Program-made: the position numbers and the translations under genes
Part shown: positions 1-12,033 of the stretch, one piece after another
Layout of the letters: the number at the start of each line of letters is the position of its first letter
How positions within the stretch are numbered: position 1 is the first letter of the stretch
The notes under the pieces: generated by a model
What the model saw: only the letters and a program-made list of their open reading frames with translations
The model's database searches: none
Told to the model about the DNA's origin: nothing
Assembly: GCF_000150275.1 (NCBI RefSeq)
Contig: NW_002060947.1
Coordinates: 72,494 to 136,493, forward strand
Source: Trichoplax adhaerens
Lineage: Eukaryota > Animalia > Placozoa
Direction of reading: 5' to 3'
DNA: 64,000 bases

Positions 1-1893
1 TACTTGTGTGTCCCATCAAACGTAATACTTTGGTTGAGAAATCATTGGATGATTGATCAATCCGACATAGCTATGCCTAATATATATCTATCTTTATCTA
101 CTATACTTAAATATTGTCTGTTTGAAGGAACAATTGCCTTCTTTTTCCAATGTGCATTACAATGACACTTTAACCGATAAACCATTTGCAAAGCTTGAAC
201 TTTTGATAAATGTAAATTCAACTTTAAAATGAATTGATGATTTATTGCACTCGATTGCAAATAACTGTTCCAATTTTGTCTACATGATTTAAAGCGTGTA
301 TTTATTATGTATAAATAAGGCGGTAGTGAACTGCCCGGTACATTTTCAATAACTAGTTATTAGGCTATATTGATGCTGAATCAAATTAGGCATTGCTGTT
401 TTACATAAATCAGGAAAACTGATGCAATGCACGTTTACTCATAGCAGGAACAAGTAATAATCATTTTTTTACTTGAAACAACAACAGTAATATATCATGA
501 GCAAATCAGGCTAGTCGTAATTGTATGTTGCTTCCTTCTATAGTACTTCACTGATAATTACATAGTGTGTTATATTGTCATCCAGTTATTCGGACTCACT
601 TCTCCGTCTACCCGGGTAGCCTTTATTTTGTAGATTGCAGGTACTCGGATCATGTTTTATTCTTCTGGTTATTATGTGCAATTGCATTAATGTAATTGGA
701 TCATCTCAGTATTGCATATATGTATTTAATTTATTGATATATATATATATAGACTTATACAGTATAGGCCACGTATAATCCACATCACACGGCCAGGCAC
801 TAGACTTAATTGGGCACTCGGGTCTGCAAGCAATTCAGAATGTTACTGTACACTGTACATTATGTCGGTATTAGAAAACGACAATAATCGTGCAGTAGTA
901 TCGTGCGATGCTGTATCGTGCGATGCTAAAACTAAAATTATAGCCAGTACTATAAAACTTTGATACGAATCAAGATATTTAATACTAATCATGTCAGTGC
1001 TGGTAGACTGAATTATTAAGGTATGATAGTGCACTAAGCATAACATCTGTTAATATTACCAGAACTTTTATTCGCACAGTATGGTGTGCGGGTTCGGCTG
1101 CTGTAGCTAGTTGTACAGTAATCTAGACCCGATCATGGTCTACAGTGCACACTGTTCAGTATGTTCTAGTAATAATCTATGTACCATATTAAAAAGTGAA
1201 GTTGAACGAGTGGGTACTAGCTAACTCGTACACTATAAATATTAAATATTACCAGCAATACTGGTGAAAGTTTCATCGTCTATTTTAAAAGCGTCAAACA
1301 CAATACGTTTAAACGTATTACTGGAAGTATGATTTGAGAATTATAATACCTTGATTTTTATCTATAGGCGCTACTTTTCCAATTCAATTATCGATGACAA
1401 GTTGAATGAAGTACCTATGTAATCCCCTTTCATTCGATAGGTGTGAATAGTAAAGACTACTATACGAGTAAAACGCTTGAAAAATATACAAATCATTACG
1501 GACTGTATTATGTCTGATGGTCGGTTAGAACCTATTAGAATTTTGGATCCATTTTTACACCATTGCACTATCGAACGTTTGACAGTGTACCGGGCTTGGA
1601 GGATTTGCTGCAGACACTTTATCGTATTAACTTCACTTTAATCTACGTTGGATTGATTGAACGCTGCAAAATAACAACTATAATTCCACTCTCGTAATAT
1701 CCAATTTGCATTGATATCGTTTCATCTACAAGGTACTACTGTAGTGTACCGTTACTACAGTATAGTATAACGTGATTAATTTTCTTTCCGATAAATCGGT
1801 GCATGTCTTTGTGATCAATTTTTACGACGAATTCTATAAAATTTATATGAGACGAAAGACTGATATAAATTTGACTCCAAACTGGTCCTTCCA
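1..1893 (-). CDS. Putative multi-exon gene of unknown function, truncated at the left window edge; divergent from SLC30A9
   Basis: Series of short open minus-strand segments bounded by AG/GT: MEGPVWSQ...IDHKDMHRFIGKK (~1893-1751), EVNTIKCLQQILQARYTVKRSIVQWCK (~1633-1501), NTFKRIVFDAFKIDDETFTSIA (~1320-1253), DPSAQLSLVPGRVMWIIRGLY (~823-760), QNWNSYLQ...HWKKK (279-138), LCRIDQSSNDFSTKVLRLMGHT (70-4). A complete in-phase model could not be built and no homologue is recognised. Confidence 0.35.
738..751. repeat. (TA)n microsatellite
   Basis: tatatatatatata read directly. Confidence 0.8.
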
Positions 1894-1934
1894 TTTATTC
1901 CATTTTTTCCTCATTTGAACCGAAATTCATCCCA

Positions 1935-2180
1935 TCGTACAGTACACTGAATCAACAATATAGTATGGAAAACGGACAGACAGACATCAAGTTACGGTAC
2001 AGTACACTCACTGTACTGTACAGTACGATAGAATGGCATGCCGCTCTACAGTACAGTACAGTATGGCGATTGCAGGCAGTTTAATCCAGCTTCAGCCACT
2101 GACTGCGCCGCAGACTACAGTAGAGTACAGTACATTGTACTGTACAGCACTTCAGAGAAATGAAGCAAAGCCTGACTCAA
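1935..2180. repeat. TACAG/TACTG pentamer-rich island in a divergent promoter region
   Basis: Dense gtacagtacac, ctgtactgtacagtac and tacagtacagtacagta units upstream of the SLC30A9 ATG. Confidence 0.7.
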
Positions 2181-2487
2181 TACTCCATCTGTCCAGTAGT
2201 CGGCCGTAGACCGCACGGATAGGGAAGACTACTGTAGAGACCCTTGGTGAACACTCCATTGCCTCGTAAAATCAATGAATCAGTAGACAATATTATGCAA
2301 GTCCATGGTACTGGCTAGAGTTTCTATCCTATCGATGGTTAAATATGGAAAATAGTGATAGACAAAATTCTTGATTGGTAGAATAGATGGTATTAACATT
2401 GATCCAAGTGGCGTTAAAGCTGAAGAAGGAAATTGAAGGTATAAAAACTGACTGTTAGTAGGAACTCGCACGACTGTATCGAACGCA

Positions 2488-5400
2488 ATGGCGTTATCGC
2501 GTTTGCCAGGTATTTTAGCAATGTACCAATATGCTGTCAGTGCTCACAAAGTTGCCATCAGATTACCGACTTTATCCTATCGAAGTAAGTGGACAAAGTT
2601 CAATGTACACATTGTGTAGAGATGGAAATGAAATTTTGAATACAGCAGAATGAGATGTAATCCTACTTTCATTGTCATATGGAACATTGTATCAGTGCTT
2701 TGTTTTTATATTACACTGCTGGCTTGTAGTAATGTACTTACAATATCTCTGGTCTCTGATTTGCCTTGCCGAGAGTTTACTTCAGTGATCATGGAGTCAA
2801 TGACGTACTGGATTAATTCTTGCTTAATCTATGCTATCATTCTAGTTTGATAGAAAGATTATCTGATTCAATAACCCCAAAATCAATACAAATACTCAAT
2901 TTACTTGATATTAGTTAGTACTGCGGGACTACAATATTTCATCACAGTTACACCAATTGAATTGCTAACTTCATAGCAACACGTATTCCAAACGTAAATC
3001 TCCTCTTTCATTATGCTAGGTGTTTCCTATGACTTGACTGCACTATTTCATGATCGCAGTTGGGTAACAAAGTATCGTTATGCAGCACCAATTCGTGGAT
3101 GTGCAAGTAGCAATCACAACGACGATCCGAAGAAAGAAGATAAAATGGATACCAGTACGGTTGAAGCCAAACGTGAGTTTTCGACATTGCAGCTTACTAC
3201 GCTATTTCTCTTTGTCTACTTTCGACCTAAACATGGATTATTATACCACTGCATAGAAATTATAATCATCCTTCTATTTCATTAGTTTTGGTGGTTATTA
3301 ATAGTTCAACAATTTAAAGTAATAATGCTATTATTAAAATCGTTTCTGGCTCTCTACAATTTCGGATATTTTTGTGATGATTTGTAGTATTATGGTACAG
3401 TAGATAGAGAGATATAACAAACTACTACGGTATGCATTATGTTTTCAATGACTTACTGTCAACTATAGTATACAAGTATGTGTAGTATGAATCGCATGAA
3501 CGACTTTCAGTCTACTGAAATGTTAATATAATTAGGATGCTTTGCTTTATTTTGGGATAATTACAGCTAAACCTACCAAACCAAGATGGAAACCTACAAT
3601 TATGGACAAAAATGCCAAGCATACCCAAAATACTCAAATTACAGTTGTAAGAGCAATGAACGATTACCTCCTGACTTTAGAGTAAGTTGAAAGATTATAA
3701 TTCGTTACTATTTTCACAGCACTGCTATAACATGCAATCCATGATAACTTTGTTAGTCGATTTCTACAATCGCTAAAATTTGGTACAGTAATATATTTGA
3801 CAGCAATTACATTGATAGTTGACTATATTGCATGTAGTACTGCAAAGGATGTCACGTTGTATCGCACGTACAATAGTTGTTGATTTAAGCTTTATACTAA
3901 CACGTACGTAGCAACAAATTGAAACCTTTTGCTTGATTAATGTAGAGATTTACAGGATCTTAAACATATATCCGTCCGCAGTGCTTATGCATCGGAATTT
4001 ACCTCGGAATTTATATATTGGAAGTCGGATGTTGAGAAAAGGTAATATCTTGAATATTCTATTTAGGTTATGCTATGTTTAAATTCGTTTCAAAAGACGA
4101 TATAAAAAATACGATTTATGAGGGTATAACATACGTGTAATAGCTTAAAAATAATGAAACTTGTTACATCCATGACTAAGATTTGATAATTTATTTGGTT
4201 TGCTTCATTAGAGCAATAGCAAAATGGGGAAATTTGGAGAATTTAGATAAGGAATTACGCAAAGTGAAAGAGAAGCTTGATGATGATGAGAGAGGAAGAC
4301 GAGGTTATAACTTTCTTCAAACATTGTCTTTCTAATAGTTTTAGTAATCCGTGATGGCTATTGTTTTTATATGGACAAATATTGGTTTACTCTTACTTTT
4401 TAAAAACTATACGTGATTCTGCAAAATGTAAGCCACCCGGATTAAATCTTACATTGAAGTATTCTTTTGCTTTATACAATAAGGTTTAAGCGCCTTAATG
4501 GGACATTTGAAAAAGCAAGTTAAAGATCAGCAAAAATTAAATGTGGATCATAAGGTGATTTAATTAACGTAAGATTCAAAGTTGTAGATACTGATGCTGT
4601 CTAGTTGCAAGCACTTCCGTTGTAATTATGTTATCACAAGATATTGACGCATGCTGGTCTGGTCTAGTGCTTTATACCGTATTTCGTAGTAATCTTATAC
4701 TAAATAGATCTTTTATGTTAAAAGCTGTTTGGTAGTCAAGAAGAACGTATGTCACACGTTCGAGGCTCTGCAAAATTGGTTATGTATGCTATTCTAAGGT
4801 ACTACTTATCTACTTTATAAAATTTATTAACTATAAATGTCAATGTAAAGTGCGTCATTAATACTACCTTCTTCCTGTTTTTATTACTGCTAATAGCTTA
4901 CTCGCTACCTAACTATTATATAATATATTTTTATCTTAATTTTAGTAATGTTTCCGTTATGTGCTTTAAACTATTGGCATATATTTGGACTGGTTCAGCT
5001 TCAATGCTATCAGAGGGAATACATTCTCTAGCTGATGTAGCCAATCAGGTATAAATTCTGAACTAGTTGTTGTGCCTATTTTATAGTTATGTGAACTGAT
5101 CTTTCCACATTATTCTCTAGTGTCTATTATTATATGGAATATTTTACTCCCTTAGGCAGCCTTCGCCTGATCATCCGTTAGTTTCAGTTACTTGATATTT
5201 CTTAGTGATAATTTAATGATAGTAAGCCTTATGAATGATTAATACATTACTATATTGCATTCTGTCTATAGCTATGGATTTTCTCGTGCACGCTACGTTT
5301 ATGCTCTCATAAGTGGAGTGGGTATCTTTTGTGTGGGCGCCGGCGTTAATATATATCATGGAATCTCGTTACTTATGAATCCTCATCAGCTTGAGTCATT

Positions 5401-7026
5401 GCTTGTGGTAATTTGGAAATACTACTACAGCTTGTTGTCGAATTATGATATAAATCTCTTAGAATTATTAAATCCATAGAATCCATTGATTTATAAAATT
5501 TACTACCTGTGTCAACTTATGATATTGTACATTTTTCAAATTACCGAAATATGAAGATATTGAATAATTATTTATACTACAGGCATATTCTATACTCGCC
5601 GGCTCATTCGTAGTAGAAGGAGGTAGATGTGGTTTTATAATTGTATTAATAATACCTATTTGTAATATTGTTAAATTGGAAGATCGTTTTCTTAACGATT
5701 GATGAAGAAATAAACTTCATTTTTAGCCACACTTATGGCTGCCATCACTCAAGTTAGGAAAAATGCAACTGAGACTGGTTTAACCTTCAAGGAATATGGT
5801 AATGTAGGTGTTGATGTGATTTCCATTCGGTCAATAAGGTGCTAATTTACCCTATTTCTACACTATAGTTTTAAAAGGACGCGATCCAAATGTGGTAGCA
5901 GTATTATTAGAAGATGGTATAGCAGTGGCTGGTGTTTCGTTAGCAGGAATTTGTCTTGCCCTGGCATCGTTAACCGGAAATCCATTATACGATGCAGCAG
6001 GATCTATCGCTGTTGGAGGTAGTATAAAATACTTTATATCCATTGCTGCTGATTACATTTAATAAGTTAGTGAATTAATTAAGGTTGTACCTTTTACGAA
6101 ATAAAAATGTATAATAAAAATTAATTACAATAGGTATGCTAGGCGTGATGGCTCTATTCCTTATACAACGTAATGGTGATGCTTTGGTAGGCAGGTAGGT
6201 TTTATTCATTAGTTCTTGCTACGCCGAACCAATGATGTGATTTCATTAACAGTAATTGTGTAAAATATTCATTATTGATTGGATAGATCTATCCCGTATA
6301 ATCGCCTTCGACAAATAGTGGAGCTAATAGAAAATGACGTTATGATAAGGTTAGAGACAGTGATCAATATTGTTTAGTCATATAAATTACCGTATTAAGA
6401 TTGAATTATTTTTGGGGGATATTAGATCGATTCATGATGTTAAAGCAACGGAATTGGGTTTGATATTGCTACTAAAATTGTACAACTTTTGTAGAATAAA
6501 AAGCAAATGGTGGTTTTGTTAAATTATAATATATGTCTTATACACTAAAGGTGCGGATACCGTTAGATTTAAAGCGGAAATCAATTTCGATGGTCGTGAA
6601 GTTACAAGGTCCTACGCTAATAATATAGACTTGGAGGAGCTACTTGTTGTAGGTTGCGTTGATTGTAAAATAGAATTGTAGAGTATAGCTTAGCTTATTT
6701 TGATTTTAGCTTTGGTTATGAAGATTCTTCCTTTTGTTGATAGCGCGTAAAGGAAATAAAAACTGTTGAAGAATTAAATGAGTTTATATTGCATCACGGT
6801 GAACGTATCATTGATGTATTGGGTGTTGAAGTTGATCGAATTGAGAAAAACATTAAGGTGAGTCCACAATGACAGACAAATACTGTACTTTTCTTTTGCT
6901 ATCCTGTAGATCAATAACGTTTAAGCATTAATTAGTTAAATTTAACTTCTTGGTATGTTGATTTTATCTATCATTTAATAGAAAGCATCTCCTGAAGTCC
7001 GACATGTGGATTTAGAAATTCTATAA
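2488..7026 (+). CDS. SLC30A9: Zinc transporter 9 (mitochondrial cation-diffusion facilitator), many exons
   Basis: Spliced exons give an N-terminal presequence-like MALSRLPGIL..., then ITVVRAMNDYLL, TGSASMLSEGIHSLADVANQ, YGFSRARYVYALISGVGIF, GRDPNVVAVLLEDG, GNPLYDAAGSIAVG, FKAEINFDGREVTRSY and C-terminal PEVRHVDLEIL*, which matches the ZnT9 family. N-terminal exon limits are less certain. Confidence 0.93.
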
Positions 7027-8010
7027 TTCTAACCTTCGTAGTTATTGATCAACCGACTATTTATGGTTGAGGATATTGTTATGGATGAATTGATAGGAGG
7101 GTTTGTTAATGAAACTTAAAACTGCTTCACCACTGATGATGGTACTGTATTTAAATTTTGATTTACTGTACAATGCAGTCTTTGGCTATATATATTTTTA
7201 TATAGGAAAAATGATAACAGTTAATTTAATTCTGCAGTAAAATTTAAAATTTATCTGAATTTTCTGTTTAAAGGCTAACAGTAGAGGTATTCAATGTAAA
7301 TAGGTGATATGCATAGATACGAGATACTGTCCAAGTACACTGTACGTACTGTACTATACTGTACAGTACTGTAGGTCCGGTGTACTCACTACAGTACATG
7401 TATCGTAGATTAGTTAGTTTATGTAATGTATGTTATTTTCAGTCTGTATATGCTGTAAATATGTTATTTATATGTTCATGAGACTGGATATTCTGAGAAT
7501 ATCACTTTTACAGGTCTATGTTAGTATAATTGGTAACGTCTGCACATTGCTGCATTATGTTCAACTTTTATACAGGACTGAAGCATACTTCCAAAAAATA
7601 GGGTAGTATTATTTTGTATGGATACAATTGCTATTTCATTGTCTTAATGCATGATTGCGAAGTGATAAATAAAGTATTGGCCATTCCAGGTTAAACTGCA
7701 TTCAAAATAAACGACTATACAATGGATCGATTCTTTCAAATATGCTTTTCTTAATAAGCAAAATTTGGCTAAAGCACCAAATGCACTCAGAACTGTTGCT
7801 TAATTTCACTTGGCAACTTTTGTGTTTTCTGACGCTTCAAGTAAATCCATGATCATCTGCAAAATGGATTGAGGAATCAACAGTAGTCTTCAATACTTGC
7901 GCCAATCTGTGCTGGTTGATTGAATGAAGTAGGCCTTGTCATAACATTGATATAGATAATTTGTTATGTAGGAGCTACTTTCTATTTTTAGAATAGTGAG
8001 TAGTCCCTGG

Positions 8011-8322
8011 TTAGGATTTGTTGGATCGTTCCGACTTATGGAGCCTCATGTCATTGAACATGGTTGATAGGAGGTGGAGCAAAAACTCAGATCGCTCCAA
8101 CCTGCAAATGGTATTACCCATTAGTGTTGAATTACCGTCCTGGTGAGGAATGTTACAGTACAGTACAGTATAGCGCATGGCTAGCCATCCTTATTATGCA
8201 GTTGAATAATGGAATCAACACCTTGGTGTAAAAGCAAATGCAAGTGGATAGCTCAAAATAGAAACACTGTTGGAGGACAGATTGGGCATTTGCTTGAACA
8301 CGGTGTCGTGCTTGCTTGCCAT
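8011..8322 (-). CDS. Possible small two-exon ORF (63 aa) or spliced divergent transcript from the ATP6V0C promoter
   Basis: ATG at 8322. A phase-2 intron 8221-8102 (AG|gtgttg...tttgcag|G) joins MASKHDTVFKQ...FTPR to LERSEFLLHLLSTMFNDMRLHKSERSNKS*. The donor is weak and there is no homology. Confidence 0.2.
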
Positions 8323-8499
8323 GATTCCAATACAGTACAGAGTGTACGGTACAAGGGTCACGGACTGATGGTCAAGCGCTGACAGCCAGCTGAGCCATCG
8401 TTCGATCATGGTGAACTACTCAGTCAGTGATCGTCAACCTGACTACTGATTGCGTGCTTGTTCTCACCACTGATCCAGCACCTGTTCCCATATGGTGGG

Positions 8500-8870
8500 T
8501 TATGTTGCACAGACTCTGAACAGTGCTACAGTACACGTACTGTAGACTGTACAATGTGCATACAGTATTTCTCCTGGTTTGCCAGCGCCTGATCGATGAC
8601 GCTGGTGTTTTGCCATATACAGGATAATTGGTATCATACACTGTACTGTCGAGGTACAATTTTGAAGAGTATTTTGTAGTACTGTAGAGTACAGTGCAAA
8701 GTGATTCCGGTCGGGAACGTCGGCACTACAGTATAATGTACTGTAGTGCCGCCATGCCGCTCCCATACAAACCAGTGCTGTACAGTGTACAGTGTACAGT
8801 ACTGTGTACTGTGGTGAAAAAGATTACCGACAGTGGCATCCAGCTCATCGGGTACTGTACCGATCATTCC
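8500..8870. repeat. TACAG/TACTG pentamer-rich island upstream of ATP6V0C
   Basis: Numerous ctacagtacac, tgtacagtgtacagtgtacagtactgtg units. They explain the spurious Y/C/T/V/Q-rich ORFs in the track. Confidence 0.7.
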
Positions 8871-8908
8871 ATAGTCACGCGCCGCACTGCAGAATTGTGA
8901 TGCAACTG

Positions 8909-8917
8909 GCACGTGAC
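8909..8917. promoter_or_regulatory. CLEAR-like E-box (GCACGTGAC), candidate MiT/TFE site
   Basis: Motif lies ~200 bp upstream of the ATP6V0C ATG, next to CCAAT (8928) and TTACGTCA (8960). Confidence 0.5.
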
Positions 8918-9119
8918 ACCCATTGCACCAATCGCACTTCGTCGTCGACTGACTTCGCTTTACGTCATCATCTAGTGTCACTCGCTATGCGTTAAGTGGC
9001 AGTCAATTGGGAAAGTCTTTTCACTCTCTCTTTCGGCATCAAGGCAAACGCAGCTTTCGCTCCAACTTGGCCATTTTTTACTGTATAGTTCTTGCTTAGA
9101 AAAAAACTATTTTTCCAAA

Positions 9120-10852
9120 ATGACTGATACCAACGCTATTCCAATGTATACGCCATTCTTTGGTGTGATGGGTGCTACAGCAGCTATGGTTTTTAGCGGT
9201 AAGTGGAAAGTTTTTTTAGTTGTCAGAAGAGGGAACGGTCAATTTGGCCACAGTAGAAGTGTCATTTTTCCCACCATGTTGTACTGTACTGTATACAGTT
9301 GTAGCAGGGGTTGATAAAGCGTTTCAACTTGCGAGTGCATGGTGGTCGATGACAAGTCTACCATTTTTTTTTCTCATCATGTCTTTTATTTTATCCTACT
9401 TATCTTTAGCCTTGGGAGCCGCTTATGGTACCGCAAAATCAGGTACTGGTATCGCTGCCATGTCTGTTATGAGGCCCGAATTAATTATGAAGTCCATCAT
9501 TCCCGTAGTTATGGCTGGTATCATTGCCATCTATGGTCTTGTAGTAGCTGTTTTAATCGCCAACAGAAGTATCCTTAACATCCACATAAAATAATGTGAA
9601 TTATCGTACAACTCAAAAGAGATATTACAGTACAGGAGGAATAAAAAAGATACACACACTGTGTCAAACATCATATTGCTTTTCCTTAACTTAAACTTTT
9701 ATTTTACAGTCAAGCCAACCGAATATACCTTGTTTATGTAAGTACACCGCCAGTAAGAAATAGGGAACATATGTGTACCAATATGCCCTTCTAACGCGAC
9801 ACATGCTAGTCGCTGATATACCTTTGTAGTCTTAACTTGAATTCCCGTCATGGTATATTGCTTTCGATCGACTTTTACTCTACATTACAATCATTTAGTT
9901 TGGAAGAGACTGCCCGTAAAGCATATCAATATTCGATATTAATTCCCTAGATATTATCGTCATAACAACTTACTGTACTGTCTTTGTATCAAGAACTGGT
10001 CAGTCAACCAGTTCAAAGCGAGAATAGGGTAGCCATGAATATCTAAAATACTTTTGATAGTCGCCCTATCGTATCCATTGAAGTGAATTCCAACTCCTAC
10101 TTACAATAATATCTTGCTATCAGATAAGATACAGTCCGCCGTCCTCCTCCTCTTTTTCGAATGTTTCGACGTAGTAGTGCCATTTTACTATCAGTTCTCT
10201 TTCCAAAAAATATCTAGTCCGATCACTTCTCTATCGAACCAACATAGTATTCTAGGACAATAGATGACTTCTCTCTCAGTGATCTTCATTTCTTGATGAT
10301 CGTAGAATTAGATAGACAATCCAATGCTACAACGACATTGAAATAGCATTTCATTCTTGAACTGTTGTCACAAACAGTAAAATGGAATCATTACCCTATT
10401 AAGGTCATTAAATTCACCTTTCATGTTCAAGATATAGCTTTTAGCGCGTGTAATCAACTTATTCTAGTTGCCCATATTGCGCCACATGTTACGTTGATCT
10501 CAATAGAAGATGTATGAGTTGAAGCACGCTGTAGTATGTTGATCCCATTACCAATGTCAATGAAACTTAACCATGATTCTATCTTTGAACATTTTTTGAA
10601 CTTGACGCATTTTAATCTTGTTGAAATGGATTTTCTTGTAGGAGTTTTGTCGATCTTGGTGCCGGCCTAAGTGTTGGTCTTAGTGGTTTGGCTGCTGGTT
10701 TCGCTATCGGTATTGTAGGTGATGCTGGTGTCCGTGGTACTGCCCAACAGCCACGTCTTTTCGTCGGTATGATCTTGATCCTCATCTTTGCCGAAGTATT
10801 GGGTCTTTACGGTTTGATCGTAGCTCTGATCATGTCAACCAAGTCTGGTTAA
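9120..10852 (+). CDS. ATP6V0C: V-type proton ATPase 16 kDa proteolipid subunit c; exons 9120-9198, 9410-9568, 9710-9737, 10642-10852
   Basis: [15 protein letters not shown]|[51 protein letters not shown]...[59 protein letters not shown]. All junctions are in phase. Confidence 0.97.
9569..9709 (+). other. U12-type (minor spliceosome) GT-AG intron
   Basis: 5' site GTATCCTT, branch point TTCCTTAAC at 9682-9690, 3' CAG at 9707-9709. Removal restores the reading frame. Confidence 0.9.
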
Positions 10853-12033
10853 ATGAATGTTTAATCCTTATTTCATGCTTATTATTATGGCGACATCAAC
10901 AAGAGAAAAAGTTTATGTGCAAAATAGAATACAATGTTCTGGTTACGTCAAGAACCATTCCAGAAAAAACATTTGTCACCACACATGTATACAGTAAAGG
11001 AATAATTATGATTACATCAGACATGTTATATTAGACAAAAAGCTGACAAGATGGTTTACAGGCTTTATTTAATATTGATTTACTTCAGAGCTACATAGAT
11101 ATACTCCCAATATCGTTTCATTCATAATTAGAACAAATTTGTTACATTGTTATCAATACTTTTAATAGTAGGCTTTATAATCTAAGTGACATAACCATTT
11201 GCTTTGGAATAAGTTATTATTTGCTTAGTGTTCAGTTATAATCTTGTTGTAGAAACGTTTTAAAACTCGCTGGTGGATCGTCTGCCACATTTGTAGGTGA
11301 CTTGCTCTGTTATTGGGCTATATTTCTACGGTTAAATTTAGCCAAACTATTTAGCTTCATTTAGCTTATGCTGAAATTTTAATAAACTGTATCCTTATAA
11401 TATTGCTGCTGACTATTTTTCGATCTGAACTAAAAAGCGGTTATCCCATGTTATATCATGCTTAGGGAAGTACGTGATGAAATAGTTGGCAATGTTCTAT
11501 GCTACCAGTACCTTAATTAATTATCATCGTAATAGGCGTATTTTTCTACATTTAGTGCACATCTCTCCATTGATTCTCTAGAAGATAACGATCCCGTCTA
11601 CACTTACTGGAGTGATACAGTAAATAAACTTTTATAACAGTGATGCAATGACTAGCTCCTTTAAAGCAAATAGACAGTTGCTGCTATCGTGCAATATTAA
11701 CTTAGCCTACACGAGGGTAATACAATCTATATCTGCGTAGAGCACAACTTTCTAAGAATCGCTTACTGTAACTTTACTGATGAGGCCTATATTTGGTAAT
11801 TACAATTGTTGATGACCATAAGATATTATGCCATGAAGGCCAACTTACTCCAAAGCGCTCGTTAGAAAAAATTCCAAGAAACAAGAGCCCTCAAGATCAC
11901 GATAAAAATTGGGTACAACATTCTTTATTGACACACGCTATTGGTAAGGTAAATGTGAACTCATTGATATATCTCGCAATTGCAGGCTTAAAAATGGAAT
12001 GCCCTTATTGAATGTTTTATAAATAACAATCGG

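Noticed and set aside
8420-8995. Cluster of overlapping 67-115 aa ORFs on both strands (also 17828-18421 and 60779-61240)
   Set aside because: The Y/C/T/V/Q/S-rich translations are by-products of stop-poor TACAG repeats and GC-richer promoter DNA, with no protein features.
11777-11830. Hammerhead ribozyme core CTGATGAG (also ctgatga at 18462, 46137 and 59889)
   Set aside because: No stem II followed by GAAA and no matching stems I/III.
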